From Candidatus Hadarchaeales archaeon (lineage in GTDB: Archaea > Hadarchaeota > Hadarchaeia > Hadarchaeales > Hadarchaeaceae): a DNA stretch of 32,000 nucleotides. Position numbers and translations under genes: made by a program. The stretch covers positions 30,001-62,000 of the forward strand of contig JAWBCC010000003.1 of NCBI GenBank assembly GCA_038823825.1. Direction: 5' to 3'. The notes under the pieces are model-generated. The model was given only the letters and a program-made list of their open reading frames with translations, was not told the DNA's origin and searched no databases. Of this stretch, positions 1 through 9,400 are shown in pieces; positions within the stretch are counted from its first letter, which is position 1, and each line of letters opens with the position of its first letter.

Positions 1-1
1 A

Positions 2-268
2 AACAAGGCTGGGGGAATTCTTGGTGGAATTTCGACTGGTATGCCTATAGTTGTCAGGCTGACAGTAAAGCCTCCAGCCTCGATCGCTTTACCACAACGA
101 ACAGTAGATCTGGAAACTTTGGAGGAAACGGAAATCAGGCTGAAGGGTAGGTTCGATCCAAATCTTTGTCCCCGTGTGATTCCCGTGGCAGAGGCGATGA
201 TGGCGATAGTCATAGTAGATCATATGATGAGAGTTGGAGAGATAACTCCTGTCAGGCTGGAGCTATGA
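2..268 (+). CDS. aroC: Chorismate synthase, C-terminal fragment (gene truncated by window start)
   Basis: Frame 2 reads [28 protein letters not shown]...[28 protein letters not shown], matching the chorismate synthase C-terminal motifs ([16 protein letters not shown]...PRA.PVAEAM). The TGA overlaps the next gene's ATG. Confidence 0.95.
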   Translation, partial: NKAGGILGGISTGMPIVVRLTVKPPASIALPQRTVDLETLEETEIRLKGRFDPNLCPRVIPVAEAMMAIVIVDHMMRVGEITPVRLEL

Positions 269-1149
269 CGAGCCTTTCCGGAGTTGGGTTTGCATGCGCA
301 TCGGCAACCGTAGTCAACGCGATGAGCACGGGAAAGGGTGCAGCATTTGGCGTGGATCTTTGGCTTGAGGCCAGAGTAAAACTAAGTTCATCTTTCAGAG
401 GTGTGAAAGGAAGAGTAGTTGGAATGAAGGAATCGCCGAGGCTTATTGAGCTTTGTGTCAAAGAAGTTTTGAAAAAATTTGGAGCGGACAATCTTGGAGC
501 TAGAGTTATCACATATTCTGATATTCCCGTTGCGGTTGGACTCTCGAGCAGTAGTGCAGCAGCGAACGCGGCAGTCTTAGCAACCCTGATGGCTCTCGGT
601 GAGAAACTCGAACCGCAGGAAGTTCTTGAAATAGGTGTGAAGGTAGCAATCGAATCAGGAGTGACAGTGACAGGAGCGTTTGATGATGCTGCAGCTTCCT
701 TGCTCGCCTGCGGCGTTATCACCGATAACGAGGAAAGAAGAATTCTTAAAACCTTCGAGGTAGACCCATCGCTAAAAGTAGCCATCCACATTCCGCGGGG
801 AAAGAAGCTTTACAGCGGTTCTTTGCGTGGAATGGATTTTTCCTCAATAGCGGAAGGTATAGAAAAGGTTCATCAAATGGCCTTAGAAGGTGAAATTTGG
901 ACGGCAATGACGTTGAATGGAATTCTTTACGCCTCGGTTCTAAAGCACGATCTCGCCCCGACCTTTTTGGCTCTTTCATCGGGAGTTTCAGCCGCCGGTC
1001 TAACGGGTAAGGGTCCGGCCACGGTAGCTATAGGTACCCCTGAAAAAATAGCGGAAGTGGCTAAGAAATGGAAGAGTTTGGGAGGGAGAATTATAATAAC
1101 ATCGCCGGCCCGGAGGTGGATTTCGGATGAAATCGCAGGAAATCGCTGA
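265..1149 (+). CDS. aroK: Archaeal-type (GHMP superfamily) shikimate kinase
   Basis: Protein from ATG 265 ([36 protein letters not shown]..., [27 protein letters not shown]). GHMP glycine-rich motif present; ATGA overlap with aroC. Confidence 0.93.
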   Translation: MTSLSGVGFACASATVVNAMSTGKGAAFGVDLWLEARVKLSSSFRGVKGRVVGMKESPRLIELCVKEVLKKFGADNLGARVITYSDIPVAVGLSSSSAAANAAVLATLMALGEKLEPQEVLEIGVKVAIESGVTVTGAFDDAAASLLACGVITDNEERRILKTFEVDPSLKVAIHIPRGKKLYSGSLRGMDFSSIAEGIEKVHQMALEGEIWTAMTLNGILYASVLKHDLAPTFLALSSGVSAAGLTGKGPATVAIGTPEKIAEVAKKWKSLGGRIIITSPARRWISDEIAGNR

Positions 1150-1915
1150 TCTCAGAAAAAAGATCGATGAAATAGACAAGCAGATCCTAGAGCTTGTGAA
1201 ACGGAGGACCGAAATAGCAAAGGAGATTGCGGAAATAAAACAAAAGAAAAACTTACCTCTGACTGACACGGCGCGTGAGCTTGAGATAATCGCAAGGGCG
1301 AAAGAAACCGCAAAAAACCTCGGAATTGACTCGAGCTTCGCCGAAAGCCTGATCAGGCTTTTGATCGCCCACAGCTGGGAAAAAGAAAGAGAAAGACTCG
1401 AACCACCGGAGGTTTGGAGGATATTAGAAAAGAAATTTAAAGACTATCCAGCACAATTCAAAGTCGTAAGGCTGATGTTGCGATATGGACTCAGGGTAAA
1501 CGAGAATGGAGAGATTTGTTGTGGGCCAATGAAAGTCCCAGCAGTCCAGATAGCCAAAGAAGTCGGGGTGGACAGGCGCGTTGTCGAACAGGTTGCAGAG
1601 AGGATACTTTCTGACGATATGTTAAGAAAAATCTTTTCTGCCCTTGAACCTGTGGCTTATCTGCGCGGAGCAGCGAAGGCGATGGGCATGGGGGTTTTAG
1701 AGATAATCCCGGAGGATGCTACTAGGCCCGGCATCGTCAGGGATGTGGCCGAAAAAATCGCGAAATTTGGTATGAGCATAAGGCAAGTCGTAGCCGATGA
1801 TCCCAAACTTACTCCCCAGCCCAAGTTGACGATAATCACAGACCAACCTCTGCGTGCTGAAGTTTTGGAAGCCCTGCGGGAGCTTCCATACATAAGAAGC
1901 GTGATCATTTACTGA
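1127..1915 (+). CDS. Chorismate mutase (AroQ-type) domain fused to a COG2150-like predicted amino-acid metabolism regulator with ACT domain
   Basis: N-terminus LRKKIDEIDKQILELVKRRTEIAKEIAEIKQ is a typical AroQ helix. The C-terminus (ILEKKFKDYPAQFKVVRLMLRYGLRVNENGEICCGPMKVPAVQIAKEVGVDRRVV...IIPEDATRPGIVRDVAEKIAKFGMSIRQVVADDP) matches the archaeal HTH/ACT regulator family as I recall it. Confidence 0.85.
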   Translation: MKSQEIADLRKKIDEIDKQILELVKRRTEIAKEIAEIKQKKNLPLTDTARELEIIARAKETAKNLGIDSSFAESLIRLLIAHSWEKERERLEPPEVWRILEKKFKDYPAQFKVVRLMLRYGLRVNENGEICCGPMKVPAVQIAKEVGVDRRVVEQVAERILSDDMLRKIFSALEPVAYLRGAAKAMGMGVLEIIPEDATRPGIVRDVAEKIAKFGMSIRQVVADDPKLTPQPKLTIITDQPLRAEVLEALRELPYIRSVIIY

Positions 1916-1922
1916 AGTGGTG

Positions 1923-2645
1923 GTTATGAGGCTGAAATTTGGAGACGTCGAACGGGAAGCCTCTGTGAGAAAAGCAGCGGATATGGCAGAAGTCATATTT
2001 GACAAAGAGTGGCTCGAGAAAAATTTGGATGCTGAACTCTATTACATGTTTCGTGACCTATGGATGGATGAGGACAGAGAAACTATATTGCGGAATAGGC
2101 TCAGATACGATATAACGATCATACCGCCGAGGAAAATGGGCGTGGAGTTTGTCAAAACGCAGGGACATTATCATCCTGAGTGTTGTCCAAACCTCACATA
2201 TCCGGAAATCTATGAGGTTCAAGAAGGGAAAGCCCATTATCTCCTCCAGAGGAAAGAGAAAGGGAAAATAATCGACGTAATTTTAATCGAGGCGGAAGCC
2301 GGAGACAAAGTCATAATACCGCCCAACTATGGCCATGTCACAATAAATCCGACCGACGAACCGCTCAGGATGGCAAACTGGGTCAGCCGCGACTTCACAT
2401 CACTCTATCAAGAGTTCAACCTTATGGGGGGAGCGGCATACTTCGAGCTCATCGACGGCAGATTCATCAAGAACCCTAAATACGGAGAGATCCCAGAGTT
2501 GAGATTTGGAAAACCATCCGAAATTCCGGAACTCGAGATAGTCAAAGGCAAAGAGATGTACGAGCTGATAAAGAGACCAGAAAACCTGGCATTTCTCAAT
2601 CATCCGGAGAAATTCCTACAGATATTCGAAAAATGTTTGAAATAG
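1923..2645 (+). CDS. pgiA: Glucose-6-phosphate isomerase, archaeal cupin type
   Basis: MGVEFVKTQGHYHPE...PEIYEVQEGKAHYLLQ...AGDKVIIPPNYGHVTINP: cupin metal-binding His/Glu arrangement typical of archaeal cupin PGI. Start could be GTG 1917 or ATG 1923. Confidence 0.8.
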   Translation, partial: VMRLKFGDVEREASVRKAADMAEVIFDKEWLEKNLDAELYYMFRDLWMDEDRETILRNRLRYDITIIPPRKMGVEFVKTQGHYHPECCPNLTYPEIYEVQEGKAHYLLQRKEKGKIIDVILIEAEAGDKVIIPPNYGHVTINPTDEPLRMANWVSRDFTSLYQEFNLMGGAAYFELIDGRFIKNPKYGEIPELRFGKPSEIPELEIVKGKEMYELIKRPENLAFLNHPEKFLQIFEKCLK

Positions 2646-2650
2646 CTCGA

Positions 2651-2950
2651 TTAGACCTTGACTATTTGTGCATGCTTTACCTTGCCGAACTTCAGAACAC
2701 ACTTGGGGTCAACGAGTTTTTCCTCTATTGCTCGGTCGACTATTGATCCGATTAAATTTGCGATGGTGGCCTCCTTTATCGCTTCTATGCATTCCTCCAT
2801 GCTGGCTTCTCGTCCGCGATAAAACGATTCCTTGATTTCGAGTTTAATCTTTCCTTTTCTGAATTTTTTCCCAAGTAGCTCAGCGTCACAGACCACCACG
2901 ATTGTTTCCTCACGCACCCTGATGACTCGAAGCAGAGGCAACTCAGACAC
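2651..2950 (-). CDS. DUF424-family archaeal protein
   Basis: 99 aa, VVVCDAELLGKKFRKGKIKLEIKESFYRG...EATIANLIGSIVDRAIEEKLVDP; GTG start, adjacent to aIF2-beta. Confidence 0.75.
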   Translation of the reverse strand: MSELPLLRVIRVREETIVVVCDAELLGKKFRKGKIKLEIKESFYRGREASMEECIEAIKEATIANLIGSIVDRAIEEKLVDPKCVLKFGKVKHAQIVKV

Positions 2951-3353
2951 TCCTCAGCGGATTTCTCGCCCCACAGGCCTCACATCGGAGAACCGGAATC
3001 TTTCCCATTTTTTCTATCCGCGTATCCGGTTTTCCGCACTCTCTGCAGATTACGAATTCCTTCGTGTATTGCTCTATCCTAGACTGTATTGCCTCTTGCG
3101 AGAATTTCCCGTGGAGAACCAGGATGCCATCTTTGTAAGCTCCCGCCGCTGCCAGTTCCTTAAGCAAGTATCGGGAAAGATGCTCCGGCTCTCTGTTGAG
3201 CGAAGAGGCGATTGACTTGACGTTTTTAACATATGTCAGACTTCCAGCCGTAGTTACTTCTGCGGTAGGTATCTGAAATCTTGAAGTTTCACGCACGATT
3301 TTTGGTGTCTGCTGCAGAGCTCTCTCCAGAAGCTCTTCATAGCTTTCCATCAT
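2943..3353 (-). CDS. Translation initiation factor aIF2 subunit beta
   Basis: EELLERA...P, LKELAAAGAYKDGILVLHGKFSQEAIQSRIEQYTKEFVICRECGKPDTRIEKMGKIPVLRCEACGARNPLRSV: C-terminal C-x2-C...C-x2-C zinc ribbon of aIF2-beta. Confidence 0.95.
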   Translation of the reverse strand: MMESYEELLERALQQTPKIVRETSRFQIPTAEVTTAGSLTYVKNVKSIASSLNREPEHLSRYLLKELAAAGAYKDGILVLHGKFSQEAIQSRIEQYTKEFVICRECGKPDTRIEKMGKIPVLRCEACGARNPLRSV

Positions 3354-3955
3354 CAGATCACCTCGAATTTTCCAACTTCGCTCTCGACAATCTTCCCTTC
3401 CGCCAGTAACTCCCTGAGCAATCTTTCGATTTCGTCCATTGGTGCTTCTAGAAGTTTAGAGATCTCTTCTACTCCCATTCTCTTCTTTTCCCGTCTGAGG
3501 ACTTCTACGATCCTCTCCTTTAAAGAAATCTCTTCGTTTGGTTTCTTACCGCTTTTAAGCAATCTCCATCTCTCCTCTAGTATTTCGAGTTCTCTCAAAA
3601 TCTCAAAATTTGGATCTGTCACTTTTATTATGACATCGGGGGTGATGTAAACTTCTCCGTCTCTTTCCTTTATCCTTCCGATAACATCCACGATATCGCC
3701 TTCTTTGATGTTTTCAATCATTTTCAAATCTTCACGCCAAACTTTCACCCTTATAACACCGCTTCCATCATCCACATTGATCACACCGTAGGTTCCGTCG
3801 GTTTTCACATACTTGTCGACCACCGTGCCTAGAAGTCTAGCTCTTTTTATTTTTATTCCCCAAGGAGTGATCAGTGAAAGTCCGGATTCCTCGGAGACCT
3901 CAACTTTTCCAAACAGAAGGTCTTCCGCTTTCACTTTATATGCCGGGAAATACAT
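3353..3955 (-). CDS. OB-fold nucleic-acid-binding protein (RPA-like) with probable C-terminal winged-helix
   Basis: KRARLLGTVVDKYVKTDGTYGVINVDDGSGVIRVKVWRED...GDIVDVIGRIKERDGEVYITPDVIIKV is an OB-fold pattern; C-terminal IVEVLRREKKRMGVEEISKLL...VESEVGKFEVI is wHTH-like. Start ATG 3955 or TTG 3964. Confidence 0.75.
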   Translation of the reverse strand: MYFPAYKVKAEDLLFGKVEVSEESGLSLITPWGIKIKRARLLGTVVDKYVKTDGTYGVINVDDGSGVIRVKVWREDLKMIENIKEGDIVDVIGRIKERDGEVYITPDVIIKVTDPNFEILRELEILEERWRLLKSGKKPNEEISLKERIVEVLRREKKRMGVEEISKLLEAPMDEIERLLRELLAEGKIVESEVGKFEVI

Positions 3956-3963
3956 CTTCTCCA

Positions 3964-4512
3964 ATGAAAATTCACATGAAGGAGATTAAAGTCTTCCCTA
4001 TTGGACGGAAATTCGTGGCGATAATGTCTGGTCATCTGCTTTCACCAGTTGAGTCTCTTATGAATCAACTTTCCGATGTGAGGTCAGGTGCTGTAGTTCA
4101 GGCTCTAGACGCGGATTCGGTGGCCGGCATCTCGCACGTTCTTCATGCCATATATCTGGCGCTTTCTGGATGGGAGAGAGGGAAAAGATTCACAAGGAGG
4201 CTCGAGCTTGAAATTCTTTGCTATGCGGCGGCGGACCATCAAATCTCTGAAGCGATCGCTAAAGTTGGAATATCATCAAGAACGAAACGTGTTGTTGTCG
4301 TCTCTTTGGCTGAAAGCAGGGAGGGCGCCCTAGAGGCGATTGCTAAGATATCGAGACAAGTAAAGATACGAATAGATTTCGAAATTCTGAAGATGAATCC
4401 ATCCAAGCAAAAAAGACTTAGAAATCTTTTCAAAATTTCAAAAGAGGAGATGAAAGCGGCCAGTATAGAAGAGCTGATTATGGAGAAAATCGCTTCACTT
4501 TCTCTCCTTTAA
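3964..4512 (+). CDS. KEOPS complex subunit Cgi121
   Basis: GISHVLHAIYLALSGWERGKRFTRRLELEILCYAAADHQISEAIAKVGI matches the Cgi121 core. Alternative in-frame ATG at 3976. Confidence 0.85.
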   Translation: MKIHMKEIKVFPIGRKFVAIMSGHLLSPVESLMNQLSDVRSGAVVQALDADSVAGISHVLHAIYLALSGWERGKRFTRRLELEILCYAAADHQISEAIAKVGISSRTKRVVVVSLAESREGALEAIAKISRQVKIRIDFEILKMNPSKQKRLRNLFKISKEEMKAASIEELIMEKIASLSLL

Positions 4513-4791
4513 GATTTCTTCGAAAATTTTATCTTCCATGACTTCCACGATTTTTACACAGAGAGGAGTTATTGGGACTTTCAAAAGTTTTATGCTACCA
4601 TCGTCATCTATCGTAGTATATTTAGCATCTAACGGCTCTTTGACCTCGGTAACTAGGCATATTGTCTCGTGATTTAGCGGAACATAAACGTAATAATAGT
4701 GTCTTCCATTTTTCTCGAAATAGAAAAGCCATCCAAAGCCTCGTGCAATGTTGACTAAATCTTCAAGATTTTTGCACCATACTGCTCGCAT
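4495..4791 (-). CDS. Small hypothetical protein, 98 aa, function unknown
   Basis: Complete ORF with ATG start, overlapping the upstream PhoU/TrkA_C gene by 29 nt on the same strand. It fills the only space between two confident genes. Confidence 0.65.
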   Translation of the reverse strand: MRAVWCKNLEDLVNIARGFGWLFYFEKNGRHYYYVYVPLNHETICLVTEVKEPLDAKYTTIDDDGSIKLLKVPITPLCVKIVEVMEDKIFEEILKERK

Positions 4792-5944
4792 ATTCTGCTA
4801 CCTCCAGCACTTTATCGACTTCTTTTTTCATACCCCGGACGAAAAGAATGTCCCCAGCCTTTATTCTGAACCTAGAAGGTGGTTCCACGATAAGTCTGCT
4901 CCCCCTTCTGATCATGAACACATAGACGCCCATGACCTCCCAGAGTTTGAGTTTTTCAAGTGTTTTGTTTGCGAAGGCGGAATTTTCTTTGACGGAAATT
5001 CTTCCTATACTCTCCTGTGACTCTGCAAAAGCTTCTCTGAAGACTGGATGAATTTCTTCGAATCTGAGCGCCACGTCGGCGATGCTATCCGCAGCGTCCG
5101 AAATTCTCGCAATATATCTCAACAGCTCCAATATGCTGTTCAGCTTCTCGAGATTTCTCTCCTTCCTTGCAGCTTTCAGAACTTCATGTCTGATTTTATA
5201 GTCCAACTTGTCGAAATCAATTTCCATTTCTCTGACTTCTTGTGCAATCTCCCTGGATCCGAAGAGGATCGATGAATATGCCATGTCAACCATTATCGCG
5301 ACCAAATCTCTCATTTTTGCTAGAGCTTTCCTTATCTCCTTCAATTCACTCTTACTTTCCCTACAGCAAAGCTTGAGACAGGCAAGTTGTCCGATAATTT
5401 TGAGGCTTTCTTCTGAGCCTTTACAGATAAGAACATCTCCACTTCTGAGTTCGGTTTCCTTTGTAGGCGGAATGATCCATTCGTCTCCTCTTTTCAGAGC
5501 TAGAGGCCAAGCGCCCCGCGTAGGCGGAAGCGAAAGCTCTCCTATTTTTCTGTTGACCACTGGAGAATCCTCTTTTATTTCGAGAACCGCAATTTTCTCG
5601 TCCGCCCCTTCAATTGCCTCAAAAACTACGGGATGAATTTCCATCCCTCTGAGAATGAAATCCGCTATGCTTTCGACGGCATTTGCGATTTCTTCTGCGG
5701 CTCCAGCAACTTGCAGAATTCCTGTTATGTGTTTTGCCTCGTCCAGCTTTCTCGTTACAACAGCCGCCACTCCTCTTATCTGATACATCAGAAGGTTCAT
5801 TTTTTCTTCCAGCTGGCTCAATTGCTTGGCTAGATCTCTATCTTCCAAAACTAAGGCTGCAAAAGCCAAGTCAACCATAAGATCGGAGAGGTCCTTCATC
5901 TCCACAAGCAGGTCCTTTACATTGGGAGGATAGCTTTCGTCCAC
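4763..5944 (-). CDS. Tandemly duplicated PhoU / TrkA_C (RCK_C) domain protein, probable ion-transport regulator
   Basis: 393 aa, GTG start. Two PhoU-like helical blocks (MKDLSDLMVDLAFAAL..., MRDLVAIMVDMAYSSI...) are each followed by an RCK_C-like segment (IPPTKETELRSGDVLICKGSEES and VEPPSRFRIKAGDILFVRGMKKE). Confidence 0.85.
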   Translation of the reverse strand: MDESYPPNVKDLLVEMKDLSDLMVDLAFAALVLEDRDLAKQLSQLEEKMNLLMYQIRGVAAVVTRKLDEAKHITGILQVAGAAEEIANAVESIADFILRGMEIHPVVFEAIEGADEKIAVLEIKEDSPVVNRKIGELSLPPTRGAWPLALKRGDEWIIPPTKETELRSGDVLICKGSEESLKIIGQLACLKLCCRESKSELKEIRKALAKMRDLVAIMVDMAYSSILFGSREIAQEVREMEIDFDKLDYKIRHEVLKAARKERNLEKLNSILELLRYIARISDAADSIADVALRFEEIHPVFREAFAESQESIGRISVKENSAFANKTLEKLKLWEVMGVYVFMIRRGSRLIVEPPSRFRIKAGDILFVRGMKKEVDKVLEVAEYASSMVQKS

Positions 5945-6014
5945 TTTCCTTGACCCCCTATAAAGTAGATATCTGGGAACCGTTTAAAGTTGTTTGATTC
6001 AAAAACCCTGTTTA

Positions 6015-6028
6015 GAAAGTTTTATATA
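6015..6028 (+). promoter_or_regulatory. Candidate archaeal BRE/TATA promoter upstream of tRNA-Lys and rpoH
   Basis: gaaagttttatata; TATA-like octamer about 50 nt upstream of the tRNA 5' end. Confidence 0.5.
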
Positions 6029-6076
6029 CTCTCAAAGAACGAAAAACATATTAAATGAGATTCCCAGCTCGTTCTT

Positions 6077-6151
6077 GGGCCCGTAGCGCAGTCTGGCTAG
6101 CGCACCGGCCTTTTAAGCCGGGAGTCGCGGGTTCGAATCCCGCCGGGCCCG
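6077..6151 (+). tRNA. tRNA-Lys (anticodon TTT)
   Basis: Acceptor stem GGGCCCG/CGGGCCC (6077-6083/6144-6150), anticodon stem CCGGC/GCCGG (6105-6109/6117-6121), loop CTTTTAA with TTT at 6112-6114, T-arm GCGGGTTCGAATCCCGC. No intron, no encoded CCA. Confidence 0.97.
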
Positions 6152-6170
6152 CTGGGGGAAGAGTGGAAAG

Positions 6171-6410
6171 ATGGCAGAGATAGAAATAACAAAACACAGA
6201 CTGGTGCCGAAACATGAAGTTCTCAGTCAGGAGGAGGCAAAAGAAGTGCTTGAGCGATATCGGGTAGAGCCCCATCAGCTCCCCCTACTCCTAAGTAGTG
6301 ATCCGGTTGCTAAGGCGATAGGAGCAAAGCCAGGTGACATAGTGAAGATAACTAGAAAAAGTCCAACAGCCGGTGAAATAGTGATTTATAGATACGTTGT
6401 GGAGGGATAG
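6171..6410 (+). CDS. rpoH: DNA-directed RNA polymerase subunit H
   Basis: 79 aa, [60 protein letters not shown]. Confidence 0.97.
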   Translation: MAEIEITKHRLVPKHEVLSQEEAKEVLERYRVEPHQLPLLLSSDPVAKAIGAKPGDIVKITRKSPTAGEIVIYRYVVEG

Positions 6411-6413
6411 CCG

Positions 6414-9400
6414 TTGCGCGACACTTGGCCTGTTGTGGAAGCATTCTTCAAGAACAAAGGTTTGGTTCGCCAGCACTTAGATTCATACAACGATTTTATC
6501 GAGAGGAGACTCCAGCAGATAATCGACGAAATCGGGAAGATAGATTTAGACATAGAAGGGGTTTATGTAAAATTCAAAAGAATCCGCTTGGGTACACCGA
6601 AAGCCTACGAAGCAAAGGAAGGACAGGTAGATCTATGGCCTAATGAAGCCAGACTGAGAGGCCTAACCTATTCTGCTCCGCTCTTTCTTGAGATGAGTCT
6701 TGTTGATCACGGTAAGGAAATGCCTCCAGAAGAAGTATACATCGGAGAATTTCCAGTGATGGTAAAATCAAAAGCCTGTAGACTTTACGGACTTTCTGAT
6801 GAGGAGGTCGTCCAGCATGGCGAGGATCCGCTGGATCCTGGAGGATACTTTATCATAAATGGTTCAGAAAGAGTGATAGTGGCTCAGGAAGATCTGGTTT
6901 CTAACTATATTCTCGTTGAGAAAGATGAAAGAGTTGGAGCAGAGGTTGCAAAGGTCTTCTCCAGCCATGGGGGTTTTAGGGCTTTCGTCGTCGTTGAAAG
7001 GAAAAAAGATGGACTCCTCAGGGTTTCTTTCCCCTCAGTTCCGGGACAAATTCCTTTCGTTGTAATGATGCGTGCTCTTGGTCTCGAAAAGGATAGGGAT
7101 ATCGCAAGTTCGATCTCCGAGGACAGGGAAATTCTCGACGACTTTCATGAGAACCTGTTGGAGGAACCAGAAGTAAGAACAACGAAAGATGCCCTTGATT
7201 ATATCGGAAAGAGAGTAGCAGTAGGACAACCCGAGAGTTACAGAAAGCAGCGTGCGGAGGAAATTCTAGATAAATACTTCCTACCACATCTCGGAACGTC
7301 AAAAGATGACAGGATCAAAAAAGCATACTATCTCGGAAGAATGGCAAAACTCGCGATAGAGCTCGCTCTCGGAAGGAGAGACCAGGATGATAAAGATCAT
7401 TATGCAAACAAGAGGCTTAAGCTTGCCGGAGATCTTTTGGAGAATATCTTCAGGTTAGCGTTTAACAATCTGATCAAAGATATGAAATACCAACTTGAAA
7501 GAGCTTATTCCAGACAGAGAGGTTTACAACTTAAGAGCGCGGCTAGGGCAGATGTTTTGACGGAGCGGATTAGGCATGCCATATCAACCGGAACTTGGCC
7601 CGGTGGAAGAACCGGAATAAGTCAGCTTCTTGATAGAACAAATTACATAGCAGCAGTTTCTCACTTGAGGAGAATAGTTTCCCCACTGAGCCGCAGTCAA
7701 CCACACTTCGAAGCCAGAGATCTTCACTCGACACATTGGGGGAGAATATGTCCAGTTGAAACTCCAGAGGGTCCGAACTGCGGCCTTGTCAAGAACCTAG
7801 CTCTGATGGCTGAAATTTCGATAGGAACTGACGAGCGCGAAATCGAGCGATGGCTTGAGAAGCTCGGTGTGAGAAAAATTGAAAAAATAAGTGAGAGAAA
7901 GGAGGAAACCGCCGTTTACATAAACGGAAGGCTGGTCGGAATATATGAAGATGGAAAAAGGTTGGCCGAAGAAATAAGACAGTTGAGACGAAGAGGACAG
8001 ATAAGCGAGCAAGTTAATGTTGGCTATAAACCGGATACAAACGAGCTCAAGATAAACACAGATAGCGGAAGGATAAGAAGACCTCTGTTTGTCGTGGAGA
8101 ATGGAAAACCGAGGATTACGGATGAGATAATAGAAAAGGTTGAAAGAGGTGAAATGAACTGGGATGAACTTGTCAAGCAAGGAATTGTGGAATATCTCGA
8201 CGCCGATGAAGAGGAAAACGCATACATCGCAGTTTATGACTATGAAGTTACAGAGGAGCACACACACCTCGAGATACATCCGCTGACGATTTTGGGGATA
8301 GGAGGTGCTCTAGTTCCTTATGCGGAGCATAACCAGTCTCCCAGAAATACTTATGGCGCAAACATGGCGAAACAGGCTTTGGGCATACCATTTACGGATA
8401 TCTACACCAGAGCAGACACAAGAGCCCACTTCTATCACTATCCGCAAGTCCCACTTGTTTACACGAAGATAATGGATATCGTAGGTTTTGACAAAAGACC
8501 TGCAGGTCAGAACTTGATTGTTGCAATAGCTACTTATGGCGGATATAACATGGAGGATGCGATAATATTTAACAAGGCGTCAATCGAGCGCGGCACTGGA
8601 AGATCTACCTTCTATCGGCTCTACGAAACAGAGGAAATAAGGTATCCGGGTGGCCAAGTAGACAAGATCGAAATCCCCTCTGAAGATGTCAGAGGAACTG
8701 CCGGCCTAGAGCATTATGCGAAATTAGAGGAGGACGGTTTGATTTTCCCAGAGGCGGAGGTTAAAGGCGAAGACGTTTTGATAGGTAAGACGAGTCCGCC
8801 AAGATTCTTAGAGGAAACCGGTGCGATAAGTGTCGGCGAGAAGCGCAGGGAGAGTTCTGTAAGAGTTAGGCCTCAAGAGGGCGGCTGGACAGATATGGTT
8901 ATGCTTACCACCACGCCCGACGGAACGAAGTTTGTAAGAGTGAGAGTTCGCGATCAGAGAATTCCGGAAATAGGAGACAAGTTTGCCTCACGCCACGGTC
9001 AGAAAGGGGTTATAGGAGTGATATTGGATGCTAGGGATATGCCATTTACCGCTGACGGAATAATCCCAGACATCATCATAAATCCACATGCTATTCCCTC
9101 GAGAATGTCTGTCGGACAGTTGCTTGAGATGATCGCAGGGAAGGTGGGAGCGATGCTTGGGCGAAGAATTGACGGAACACCTTTCAGCAGTGTGCCCGAA
9201 CAAGAACTCAGAAAACTCTTGGTGGATCTTGGCTTCAAATCGACGGGTAAAGAGGTTCTCTATAACGGAATCACCGGAGAAATGATACCGGTAGAAATAT
9301 TCATTGGTGTTTGCTTCTATCAGAAACTTCACCACATGGTAGCTGATAAGATACACGCGAGAGCACATGGTCCGATTCAAGTTCTCACTCATCAGCCAAC

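Noticed and set aside
166-264. Extended N-terminus of the shikimate kinase ORF ([13 protein letters not shown]...)
   Set aside because: It overlaps aroC out of frame, and the family homology starts near ATG 265 with an ATGA junction.
41-268. Tracked 75-aa ORF as an independent protein
   Set aside because: The same frame is open to base 2 and encodes the chorismate synthase C-terminus; the internal Met is not a start.
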